Below are positions 16,831 to 25,239 of a DNA stretch of 64,000 bases, piece by piece; positions within the stretch are counted from its first letter, which is position 1; every line of letters starts with the position of its first letter. The position numbers and the translations under genes are program-made. Source of the DNA: Candidatus Heimdallarchaeota archaeon. GTDB lineage: Archaea > Asgardarchaeota > Heimdallarchaeia > Hodarchaeales > Hodarchaeaceae. Location of the stretch: the NCBI GenBank assembly GCA_011364965.1, contig RDOB01000004.1, positions 96,001-160,000 on the forward strand, written 5' to 3'. The notes beneath the pieces are model-generated. The model was not told the origin of the DNA, ran no database searches, and saw only the letters and a list, made by a program, of their open reading frames with translations.

Positions 16831-18777
16831 TCAACGGCGAATTTGTACAGCGATTCCGCGATCAAATGATAACATCTCTTTTGCTGCAAGAATTGCACGA
16901 CCAAAATTAAGAAAATTATCAGAATTATCTACTACGAATACCTCTTCACCACAGCGAATCTCAGGGTCAACATCCAAGACAAATTTAGCCATAAGATCTC
17001 GATTTTGAGTAACAAACGGAATTGCATCTGGAGCTGCAATGACTCGTTGGTGAGGAGGAGAAAGATATTCATGTAAAAGAGTAGCTAATCGAGGTGTAGG
17101 GATGATACTGAAATCAGATGGCCGAATAGTTCCCAGGTTATCTTCAGAATCAGAAAATCGACGAATAATAGTTGTTTTCCTAGAACGATCAATAATTAAA
17201 TCACGATTCTGAAGACACAGGTGTGCATTTTTTCCAAACTGAAAATCTAGTAAAGCATTGATAATATGTCTTTCATCGAGCTTGGTTTCATCCTTATTCC
17301 GAATAAATTTTCCATCAGGAATGTCTGAGGTCGAAAATTGATCGAGAAATGAGAAGATGTTACAGACAGAAGGATGTACAATAACCTGTTTGAATTCATT
17401 GCAGAAGCTAGTGAAAAAAGAACGAATATAGTTCAGTATTTCCTCTTTAAACTGCATGGAAGGACGCTCATTCTGAACTAGAGGATATTGTCCTCGTAAT
17501 TCATCAGGAATTATACCAAATAAGGGAGAAAGCTGAATAACTTGGTATTTGCTAGTAGAATGGATTTTTTGGAAATCCTGTGTGACCAATAATTGATTAT
17601 TCCAGCGATAAAATCGATCTAATAATCGAGAACGATAGCGTTGTAGAAGAGGTTGGTGAACAAGTAAATCATCAACTATAAGTATGGCCCGAGGATGAGA
17701 AATTGGAGTAAAAGGTTCAATTTCTTGAGATGTCATTCTTCCAAATATTGTTTCTCGGATTTGAACAAGAGAGGGGTGATTCCGGAGTCTAGTAGCTACT
17801 AATTCCGATAAGCGCCCCATAATGATTGCTTGTTTAATACGCTTAATCTCTTCTAGACTAACCAATAAATTATGCTTTGCAAGCATAAGTATCCGAGTTT
17901 GAATATCAAGTTTCTGAAGCTCAGATGCTGAAAATTCCTGACATACAGAGCAGGAACAGGGTAGATATTGGAGCTGCTCTAGATATTCGGTACCAAACAC
18001 CGTGATATAACGATTTTTCTTAGCATAAAGGATATAAGCGGCGGAATCAAACATATCGACACCTAAATAAACCGCAATTGCGAAATACATGGGGTGACCA
18101 GCGCCAAACAAATGAATTGGACGGTCAATCGGAAGAAACCTCTTGGAGGTGAGGATCATCTTGCTGACTTTATCAAACTCATATCTTTCAAGGAGGGGAA
18201 CCACAGATCCGATAGGGTGGATATCGAAAGGCAATTTCGCCATGGATGTTGCGGATGATTCGACAAGGTCAAGAAATTCCCCACCTTGGATGGGTCCCGC
18301 CCATAAAATAGGTACATTGGTACTTCGACATTGGATATGATCCGCAGCCCGATTTAAAGTCTCAGTCAAGGCAGTAGAAAAATCTTGATATCTACCCCCT
18401 TTAGTGGGTAAATCTAGAAAGACCCCAATATCACTGCCTATGCGCTCCTGAAACTGAGTTATCTCCTGATTTGAAACAGAAACCTGACCATATTCCATTA
18501 ATTGAAAAGCACCAGAATCAGTCATTAAAGGGCCATCAAATCCAATAAAAGAATGTAAACCCTTCTCTAATGCTATAATGTGATTTTCAGGATTCCGAAA
18601 TAATAAATAAGCATTGGTAATAAAAGCTTCTGCACCACAACGAGTCATATCAGTGGGAGAGATTAATTGGCGATTGGGATTGATGACAGGAAGGAGAATA
18701 GGAGTATTAATCTTACCATGTTTAGTTTCAATGATACCAATTCTTGCTAAGCCATCCTTTTTACGAATAGAAAACAT
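16831..18777 (-). CDS. tgtA: Archaeosine tRNA-guanine(15) transglycosylase with C-terminal PUA domain
   Basis: 'LMTDSGAFQ', 'GPIQGG', 'HLFGAGHP', 'FDSAAY', Zn motif CSCSVC..H; PUA 'DPEIRCGEEV'. Confidence 0.95.
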   Translation of the reverse strand: MFSIRKKDGLARIGIIETKHGKINTPILLPVINPNRQLISPTDMTRCGAEAFITNAYLLFRNPENHIIALEKGLHSFIGFDGPLMTDSGAFQLMEYGQVSVSNQEITQFQERIGSDIGVFLDLPTKGGRYQDFSTALTETLNRAADHIQCRSTNVPILWAGPIQGGEFLDLVESSATSMAKLPFDIHPIGSVVPLLERYEFDKVSKMILTSKRFLPIDRPIHLFGAGHPMYFAIAVYLGVDMFDSAAYILYAKKNRYITVFGTEYLEQLQYLPCSCSVCQEFSASELQKLDIQTRILMLAKHNLLVSLEEIKRIKQAIIMGRLSELVATRLRNHPSLVQIRETIFGRMTSQEIEPFTPISHPRAILIVDDLLVHQPLLQRYRSRLLDRFYRWNNQLLVTQDFQKIHSTSKYQVIQLSPLFGIIPDELRGQYPLVQNERPSMQFKEEILNYIRSFFTSFCNEFKQVIVHPSVCNIFSFLDQFSTSDIPDGKFIRNKDETKLDERHIINALLDFQFGKNAHLCLQNRDLIIDRSRKTTIIRRFSDSEDNLGTIRPSDFSIIPTPRLATLLHEYLSPPHQRVIAAPDAIPFVTQNRDLMAKFVLDVDPEIRCGEEVFVVDNSDNFLNFGRAILAAKEMLSFDRGIAVQIRR

Positions 18778-18912
18778 AGAAACGCGTTGACTCCATTATA
18801 AAGGGCATAATGGTCGAATCGAATATATTTCAACCAAGTCCTGCCAACAAAATACTCCTCATATAATTTATTGTTAAAACAGACATACATGAAAAAAAAA
18901 GAATAATGGATT

Positions 18913-19815
18913 TTATTTTGGGGATTGAACTTTTTGTTTCAATTCAGAGAGTTCTATCGAAGTATCAGCAGTTGAACCATCAGCAGAAGCTTCGGTTGTA
19001 GGAGAAGTCTCACATACATCCAAAACTGTTTGAAAAATCCGATGGACCTCTTTTACCTTAATTTCCTCTTCGTTCTGAGTAAATTCAGATGGGAGTGGAA
19101 TTTCAGTCCAGATTTCCGATTGGGAGAACCCAGTGAATACTGAACTCTTCTGGAGCTCATTTTGAACCACAGAGGCATCTTTGAGTTTTAAATTGAGGAA
19201 ATTCAATTCAATAAAACTCTCTTCGACATTTAAAGAAATTTCTAGACCAAAACTCTCAGTTATACACTCAACAATCGAACGAAACATTTTAAGACTATGG
19301 ACTGTTGTATCCTGTGCGTTTACAAGGCATAAATCTAATTTCGGCCAAAGAAGAAAGATCTGTCCACGAATATAGTTAGTTTCAATTAATTGATCCATAG
19401 CCCCCATTGGAAGAACTTCTTTGCTCTTGATAATGGTTCTACGTATTAAATCAGAGGCAGATCGAAGACTAGTGGATTGCTTGTCATGGATAATTTTCCA
19501 AAAGTCATCCAGATAAATATACACATCAGGCTGTAGGGGTTCACCTTCTTGAAAAGCTCGAGACAAACCTTTCAACCGTTGAGAATAGCAGAACATAGGC
19601 ATGTTTTTCTTATTTTCACGCTTTAATAAGAGAATATCTAAGTATCGACGATCAGTACACTTCGGACGAAGCATATTGACCACTTTATTGTTCTGACACT
19701 TGGTTAGGCAAAACTCACGGCGATCGCGGACCATTTCTTCCCATAAGGTAATGCCAGATACTAAATTGAGAGTTGTTATCCCAACTTTGGGGGCCTCCTT
19801 TTCGGTCCACTTCAT
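18913..19815 (-). CDS. Hypothetical protein with N-terminal four-Cys cluster
   Basis: 300-aa ORF, SD-like AAGGAG upstream, downstream T-tract; Cys pattern CLTKC...C...FCY. Confidence 0.7.
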   Translation of the reverse strand: MKWTEKEAPKVGITTLNLVSGITLWEEMVRDRREFCLTKCQNNKVVNMLRPKCTDRRYLDILLLKRENKKNMPMFCYSQRLKGLSRAFQEGEPLQPDVYIYLDDFWKIIHDKQSTSLRSASDLIRRTIIKSKEVLPMGAMDQLIETNYIRGQIFLLWPKLDLCLVNAQDTTVHSLKMFRSIVECITESFGLEISLNVEESFIELNFLNLKLKDASVVQNELQKSSVFTGFSQSEIWTEIPLPSEFTQNEEEIKVKEVHRIFQTVLDVCETSPTTEASADGSTADTSIELSELKQKVQSPK

Positions 19816-20296
19816 TTGGTGTGATGCTCCTTATATCGGCTGAGTGATGAAAAAATACAAGAATAAGCAACGTTTTTTCAGAGAAATATCGCTAGATGCA
19901 ACTACTAGGATACACGATGGTGCTACGTTCTATAAACAAAAAATGCACCGCATCATAAAAATCTTGCCGTATTAGAACCGCACCCTAAACCAACTGAGTT
20001 GAAAAACTACAAACACCGACAAAAACTCCTCAAAATAATCTTTAAGGGGAAAAGCGAGAGAAGACTGATTTTGGTCAAAGAAGCTGAATTCTAATTTAAA
20101 ACATAAAATTTTAGATGTAGAATTTGATTACTGAATTTTATACTAATGAGGTGGGAATAAATTATAATAAGACGAGTAAGAGGTAAATAAGAAAAGAAAA
20201 TCTTGGAAGAAATTAGTTCTTTCATAAATTTGCCTAAGAGGAAAATTAAAATAGCTAAAAAAAAATTAAATAAGAAATACTGAAATAAGAGTCTGG

Positions 20297-21043
20297 ATGG
20301 TAATTAAATTGGATATTGATAGACAAAGAATATCTGCGGTCAATATAGAGAAAGTCATTAACTATAGGAAAACCAAACCGACGAAAGAACAGGATATTTT
20401 AATAAAGAATCGATCTCTTGTCGAAAAGCTGTTAAATACTCTCAAGGGGAAAGAATCAAGCCCAGAGGAGATAACCGCTCATATTAAGTGGTTAGAAAAA
20501 GTTTCTAAATACATTCCAATTTCTTCAGAAAAAGAGCTCGAAGAAATAATAAGGTATATGATCCTTTTAAGCAAAGAACGAGCAAAATATAATGAATTGT
20601 ACGACTATCCAGGGCTAGACCTAATGAAACGCGTTCGGGAGACAATGATTCGCTATATGGTTGTTTTGAGCGAATTACGTGCGCGAAGAAAGGAGTACTT
20701 GGAATATTGGTTTACTGACGAATATTGGATAACTGAATTAAGTCGAATATTATTTGATACGGAACCAACAAAGCCATTGAAGAAATATGGATTTGAAAAA
20801 GTCCCAGCAGGGGACTTCCTGCTCTTGTTGCTACTAGAATTGGCCACTGCAGATGATACCTCAAAATTAGATAAGCCTATGGTTCGATTACAAGCAATAA
20901 AAGGTAAAGAAGCAACGTTCATTGTCATTCCGACTGAAGCAGCAGCTTTAGAATATCAACCTCAGATTGATCAAATCCTTAACAACCAAATTACATTTAC
21001 TATCTGGGTAAAAGATACCTTAAGAGCATTCAAGTTACCATGA
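20297..21043 (+). CDS. Hypothetical protein
   Basis: 248-aa ORF with helical N-terminal half and alpha/beta C-terminal half; no confident family. Confidence 0.65.
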   Translation: MVIKLDIDRQRISAVNIEKVINYRKTKPTKEQDILIKNRSLVEKLLNTLKGKESSPEEITAHIKWLEKVSKYIPISSEKELEEIIRYMILLSKERAKYNELYDYPGLDLMKRVRETMIRYMVVLSELRARRKEYLEYWFTDEYWITELSRILFDTEPTKPLKKYGFEKVPAGDFLLLLLLELATADDTSKLDKPMVRLQAIKGKEATFIVIPTEAAALEYQPQIDQILNNQITFTIWVKDTLRAFKLP

Positions 21044-21067
21044 AAACTGATCAAATTAAACTGGAGT

Positions 21068-21124
21068 GAACTCGAAAATGTAGCTGACAAGCTGCATCAA
21101 ACCGAGTTCCATACTAATTTTTTA
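21068..21124 (+). terminator. Stem-loop followed by T-tract in the 3' region of ORF 20297-21043
   Basis: GAACTCG(21068-74)/CGAGTTC(21103-09) outer stem; ATGTAGCT-GACA-AGCTGCAT inner stem; T7 at 21118-21124. Confidence 0.5.
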
Positions 21125-21406
21125 TGAATTTATTTCCTTGCAAAAACAAGATTTGTATAAAAATAACAGGAGATAATTTTGTCCATTATTTGGCATGTTT
21201 TTTTCCTATTCATTAATTCTATATTAGTTAAAAACAATATACCACGAAGTTTAAAATTATACTTAAAGGTATATTCTTCTAAATGATATTTCCTAGTCAG
21301 CATTGGTAATATTCAAAGCTTATATTCAAATACCGCAAGGTTTAATAAGTCATATTAGAAAATATTATCCTACGTTCGTTCAAAATCGTGATGAGGTCGA
21401 GTAGAC

Positions 21407-22018
21407 ATGGCTCGGGGTAACAAGTATGAAACAGATCCAAAGCTACTAGATGTTCTACTTGAGACCCATAGACCTCTTTCTGTATCTGAGTTAGGACGGA
21501 TCAGTGGATTAGGACGAGACAAAGCTCGTAGTTTCACAGATCGAATTATTCTAGGCAAAGCTGGAGTCCCTCCCCCTCCTGGGGTCAGAATTGTTGATAT
21601 ACTCATGTCTCGTGTTAATTCAAACCATCACTTCCGTTTTGTAGGAATAAAAGACGAGTCTTACTGGAAAGATTGGTTAAATCAAGTCACTAAGGAAGGA
21701 TATCGAATTGCAAGAGATCATTTTGATATTTTTCCTAATTATGAACTTGATCCTGCCCTTCTCGATACCATTCGGAAGAATGTATCAGCAATTAAAGAAG
21801 CAGCAGGTCGGAATAATCGTTCTCCAGAACGCTTCCTTGATGAAATGCTTGCTTATGTTTTACATCCTAATTTCGAGAAAGGAAGGTCTTTACTAAATAT
21901 TATTGCTGCAGCAGCTCAATCTAATGAGGATCAAACAGAGAAATTAGTAGCTTTGAGATTTTTATCTCGTTCAGGCTTCATTAGAAGCCAATCTAACCCC
22001 AAAAAGGAGGATAGCTAG
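21407..22018 (+). CDS. Putative winged-HTH DNA-binding protein
   Basis: 'KLLDVLLETHRPLSVSELGRISGLGRDKAR' resembles an IclR/MarR-type HTH; GAGG upstream; its stop overlaps the next GTG. Confidence 0.6.
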   Translation: MARGNKYETDPKLLDVLLETHRPLSVSELGRISGLGRDKARSFTDRIILGKAGVPPPPGVRIVDILMSRVNSNHHFRFVGIKDESYWKDWLNQVTKEGYRIARDHFDIFPNYELDPALLDTIRKNVSAIKEAAGRNNRSPERFLDEMLAYVLHPNFEKGRSLLNIIAAAAQSNEDQTEKLVALRFLSRSGFIRSQSNPKKEDS

Positions 22019-23043
22019 TGGTTAAGAAGGTTCAAAAAATAAAACCGATTTCACGAACGCTCAATCCTCCTAATACCGATTTTGATAACATTCTTGATCG
22101 CTTAGCCAGCTTTGATACTCCTGAGGAGGAAATTATTGTAATCACCGATGTTTTCGGCGTAGCTGATAACATTCTAGATGACTTGGGTCAAATTGAAGCA
22201 GATATTTCTCGGATTCAAGAGCAGCGACCTGATTTTCAACCTCCCCGTAGAAAAGCTCTTATTTTTTCTGATTCCACTGATGTTCTTTCTGAGCTTGGCT
22301 CATTATTCCTAAATTGCCGTATATGTAACAATGGGATCCTTAAACACGAACTCATTAATGGACTCTGTTTTGAGTGTCATAATAAGTCCGAACTCGTTCA
22401 GGAAAAGGAACATCTTATTGTAGAGGATGAATTTAAATTTGAACCTCTCTTAAATCGGATTCGAGAATTAGAATCCCAAGTTCGGGAATTACGATCTAAA
22501 TTAGACGCCAATCTGCAATCAAATACTTTATTTTCATCCCCTACTGTTCATTCTACACCTCCTCCACCTCCTCCAGCTCCTTCTGCATTTAATGTTACAC
22601 CTGTTGTGGAATCCCAAGATATCAATTTTTCTGAAATGACCTTAGAGGAATTGAAAGCCCTCAATCCTATTCTTTTGGGCAGTTTATCACTTCATCAAAA
22701 AAACCTCTTCAATACTCGTTTAAAGGAGTTAGAAGAGCTGCAAAATTTGACTCCTTCTCAGAAAGCTGAATACCTCAAACGAAAGGAACACGAATCTCTT
22801 CAGGCTCTTCATCTAAATGAATTTAAAAATGCCTTAAAGAACTTGGAAGAACTAGGTAATCCATTATTTGCTAAGATGCGAGAGCAAGCCGAGCAATCGG
22901 CCATTACTGGATATGGTACTTTTGGAAGTTTCAGCAAAAAGACACTTTACATTCCCTGTTACAGTTGTGGAGATACCAATGAGCTGGAAGAAGATGATGA
23001 ATTTAGGTGTAAATTCTGTCAAGCTCCACTAAGTGAAAGATAA
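22018..23043 (+). CDS. Zn-finger / coiled-coil / polyproline / Zn-ribbon protein
   Basis: CRIC...CFEC, heptad 'LLNRIRELESQVRELRSKL', TPPPPPPAP, C-terminal CYSC...CKFC. Confidence 0.7.
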   Translation: MVKKVQKIKPISRTLNPPNTDFDNILDRLASFDTPEEEIIVITDVFGVADNILDDLGQIEADISRIQEQRPDFQPPRRKALIFSDSTDVLSELGSLFLNCRICNNGILKHELINGLCFECHNKSELVQEKEHLIVEDEFKFEPLLNRIRELESQVRELRSKLDANLQSNTLFSSPTVHSTPPPPPPAPSAFNVTPVVESQDINFSEMTLEELKALNPILLGSLSLHQKNLFNTRLKELEELQNLTPSQKAEYLKRKEHESLQALHLNEFKNALKNLEELGNPLFAKMREQAEQSAITGYGTFGSFSKKTLYIPCYSCGDTNELEEDDEFRCKFCQAPLSER

Positions 23044-23073
23044 GATTAGCTTTTAAATGAAGACTGATTCACC

Positions 23074-24942
23074 TCACCCATTTGGCTCCTCTCTCTTCTT
23101 TGTTTCAGTTATTTCTGATTTTTTCGTTTTTAGGCCTCTTAGGTTTGTTGAAGTACGCAATTTATCGATTCTATGATAGGCTTGCTTCCACAGTTTTTGG
23201 ATCTGCTGAAGTTCAGGCATTTTTGAGATAATCTGAGGATCTTTCGTGAGTGCATCCACCGTATCTGTTACAAGCAATAATTCAACATCTTTCACTTCCT
23301 CAGTCACCTTCTTTTTCTCAGGTTCGTCTGCAAGTAATACTAGTTGTCGCTTTTTCAAATTGAGATCAATCAGCTCTTCTGTATACCTATTTTTGGTCCG
23401 TTTATAAGCTGCTTCTGATATTTCCCCTTTTTCGCGGGCATTCAAGAGAATGTTCAATGTTTCTTCGACAAGGGAGATCTGATATTCTATGTATTCCCCT
23501 CTTGACTCCTCTTGTGCAAGTAAGGTCTGATATCTTTCCTCTAAGAGGAATAGTTCCTCTTTTAAGGGATAACTTAAGCGACGAAAATCACTGGATCTTA
23601 TCATTTTCTCAGTCCGATCTTTCACTAACTTTTCTAGCTCAGCCTCAATAGCAAGTTTTTGGGCCTTTATTTCCTCTAATTCACTTAGCTCCTCCACGAC
23701 TTCAGTTTTTCTTGAAACTGGCCTAATAATTAATCCTTGCAGGGTTCCAGTTAGTAACACCACAATAAGTGAGGAATAAAGAAGGAGTTCTGCAAGTGGA
23801 GGATTTAATGGTTCCAAATTAACATAAGCGTATAATGCCAGAATAGCTGTTGTCAGACCTTTAAATCCAGCGATTCCTACAAACAAGCGTTCTTTATTTG
23901 TGAAAAATCTAGCTGTTTTGATTTGTAATTCTAGTGGTAAGGTCACAGCAAATACCGCAATAATCCGACTGCCGATTACAATTAGACTAATAAGGGCAGC
24001 GATAAAAATATAATTAGGTAATATCTTAATGCTTAAAAGAACCCCAATGAATATAAAAGCCACGATTTCAAATAGAAACGTAACATCTTCCCAGAAATCA
24101 TAAAGGTGAGTACGTGAGAAGAACGCTTCCAAGCCGATATACCGAGGATTACGAATTATTACCCCACTAACAATGGCTGCAATCGCAGAGGATATCTGGA
24201 GGGGACCAGAAATTACAAATATCAAAAAAACTGCGCTTAAGGAAATAAATGAGATTTCACTTTTTTTCTCCACGATGACCATGAATCGAAGTGCTCCCCA
24301 GCCAATGATACCCCCAATAATGATTCCTCCAATGATTGCCCATCCACCAAGGATAATGAGGTTGAAGGAAAATTGAAGTTGTCCCTCCCCCTCAATTAGT
24401 TGAGGAACAAAGATAATTACCACTAATAGAATTGCTATTACATCATTAAAAGCGCTCTCTCCTCCTAAGATTGTCTCAATCTGTTCTTTGACCCGTGTCC
24501 CTCCTCCCCGAAGAATGGAAAACGTAGCTGCAGGATCTGTTGGAGCGATAGTTGCTCCTACTAATAATGCAGCTAATAAACCAATAGAAGTGAAATGAAA
24601 TAATTCAATAGATATACCAACTAAAAATGCCGTTAAAAAAGTCCCAAAGAAGGCTAAGAGGAGGATGGGGAGAAAATATCTCCTTAAGGCTGTGATATTG
24701 GTATGCATGCCCTCTTTGAAAAGCACAATAATCAACGCCATTTCTGCAATCAGTAAAGTAGTATCTCTTATTACATTCAATTCAAGGGTAAAATCGGTAT
24801 AAGCAACTAAAAAAGTAAGAACTAATCCTGTGAGTATTAAAGGAATTGTTTTAGGGAATTTATATATTTCCGCAGCTCTTCCAACTAATACACCGGCAAA
24901 AATCACAACAATGAGAGTATATACAGCTGTTAATTCGCTCAA
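23074..24942 (-). CDS. CPA1 (NhaP-type) cation/H+ antiporter with long helical cytoplasmic tail
   Basis: 'APTDPAA', 'GESAFND', about 12-13 TM helices, charged C-terminal domain. Confidence 0.9.
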   Translation of the reverse strand: MSELTAVYTLIVVIFAGVLVGRAAEIYKFPKTIPLILTGLVLTFLVAYTDFTLELNVIRDTTLLIAEMALIIVLFKEGMHTNITALRRYFLPILLLAFFGTFLTAFLVGISIELFHFTSIGLLAALLVGATIAPTDPAATFSILRGGGTRVKEQIETILGGESAFNDVIAILLVVIIFVPQLIEGEGQLQFSFNLIILGGWAIIGGIIIGGIIGWGALRFMVIVEKKSEISFISLSAVFLIFVISGPLQISSAIAAIVSGVIIRNPRYIGLEAFFSRTHLYDFWEDVTFLFEIVAFIFIGVLLSIKILPNYIFIAALISLIVIGSRIIAVFAVTLPLELQIKTARFFTNKERLFVGIAGFKGLTTAILALYAYVNLEPLNPPLAELLLYSSLIVVLLTGTLQGLIIRPVSRKTEVVEELSELEEIKAQKLAIEAELEKLVKDRTEKMIRSSDFRRLSYPLKEELFLLEERYQTLLAQEESRGEYIEYQISLVEETLNILLNAREKGEISEAAYKRTKNRYTEELIDLNLKKRQLVLLADEPEKKKVTEEVKDVELLLVTDTVDALTKDPQIISKMPELQQIQKLWKQAYHRIDKLRTSTNLRGLKTKKSEITETKKREEPNG

Positions 24943-25239
24943 GATATCACACTCACAACCTAGGTTTGTGTATTCATTTAATAATAGTAATCTTTGAGGT
25001 GATTAAGTAATTTTGAGATGGTTTTAGTTAAAATTCCTCAAATAAGAACCAGTAGTCTTAATATGAAAATCATTATGACAATAATAAAATCGTCTTAAGG
25101 CTTTTTGAAGAAATGAAGGGTTATATAGGTTTGAAATCTTGAAGATATTAATTCTCTTTAAAGATATCTTTCGACATTTATTGATTCGGGGTTAGAAATG
25201 TTCTCCTTATTAGTAATTAAAGTATAACAGTGAGGTTAG

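Noticed and set aside
21041-21124. TGA plus downstream hairpin as Sec readthrough/SECIS
   Set aside because: The hairpin lacks the AUGA..GA core, the codon is not in a redox-motif context, and the readthrough peptide is AT-rich and featureless.
18913-23043. Integrated mobile element or provirus
   Set aside because: A block of hypotheticals, but no integrase, transposase, capsid, tRNA target or terminal repeats were seen.
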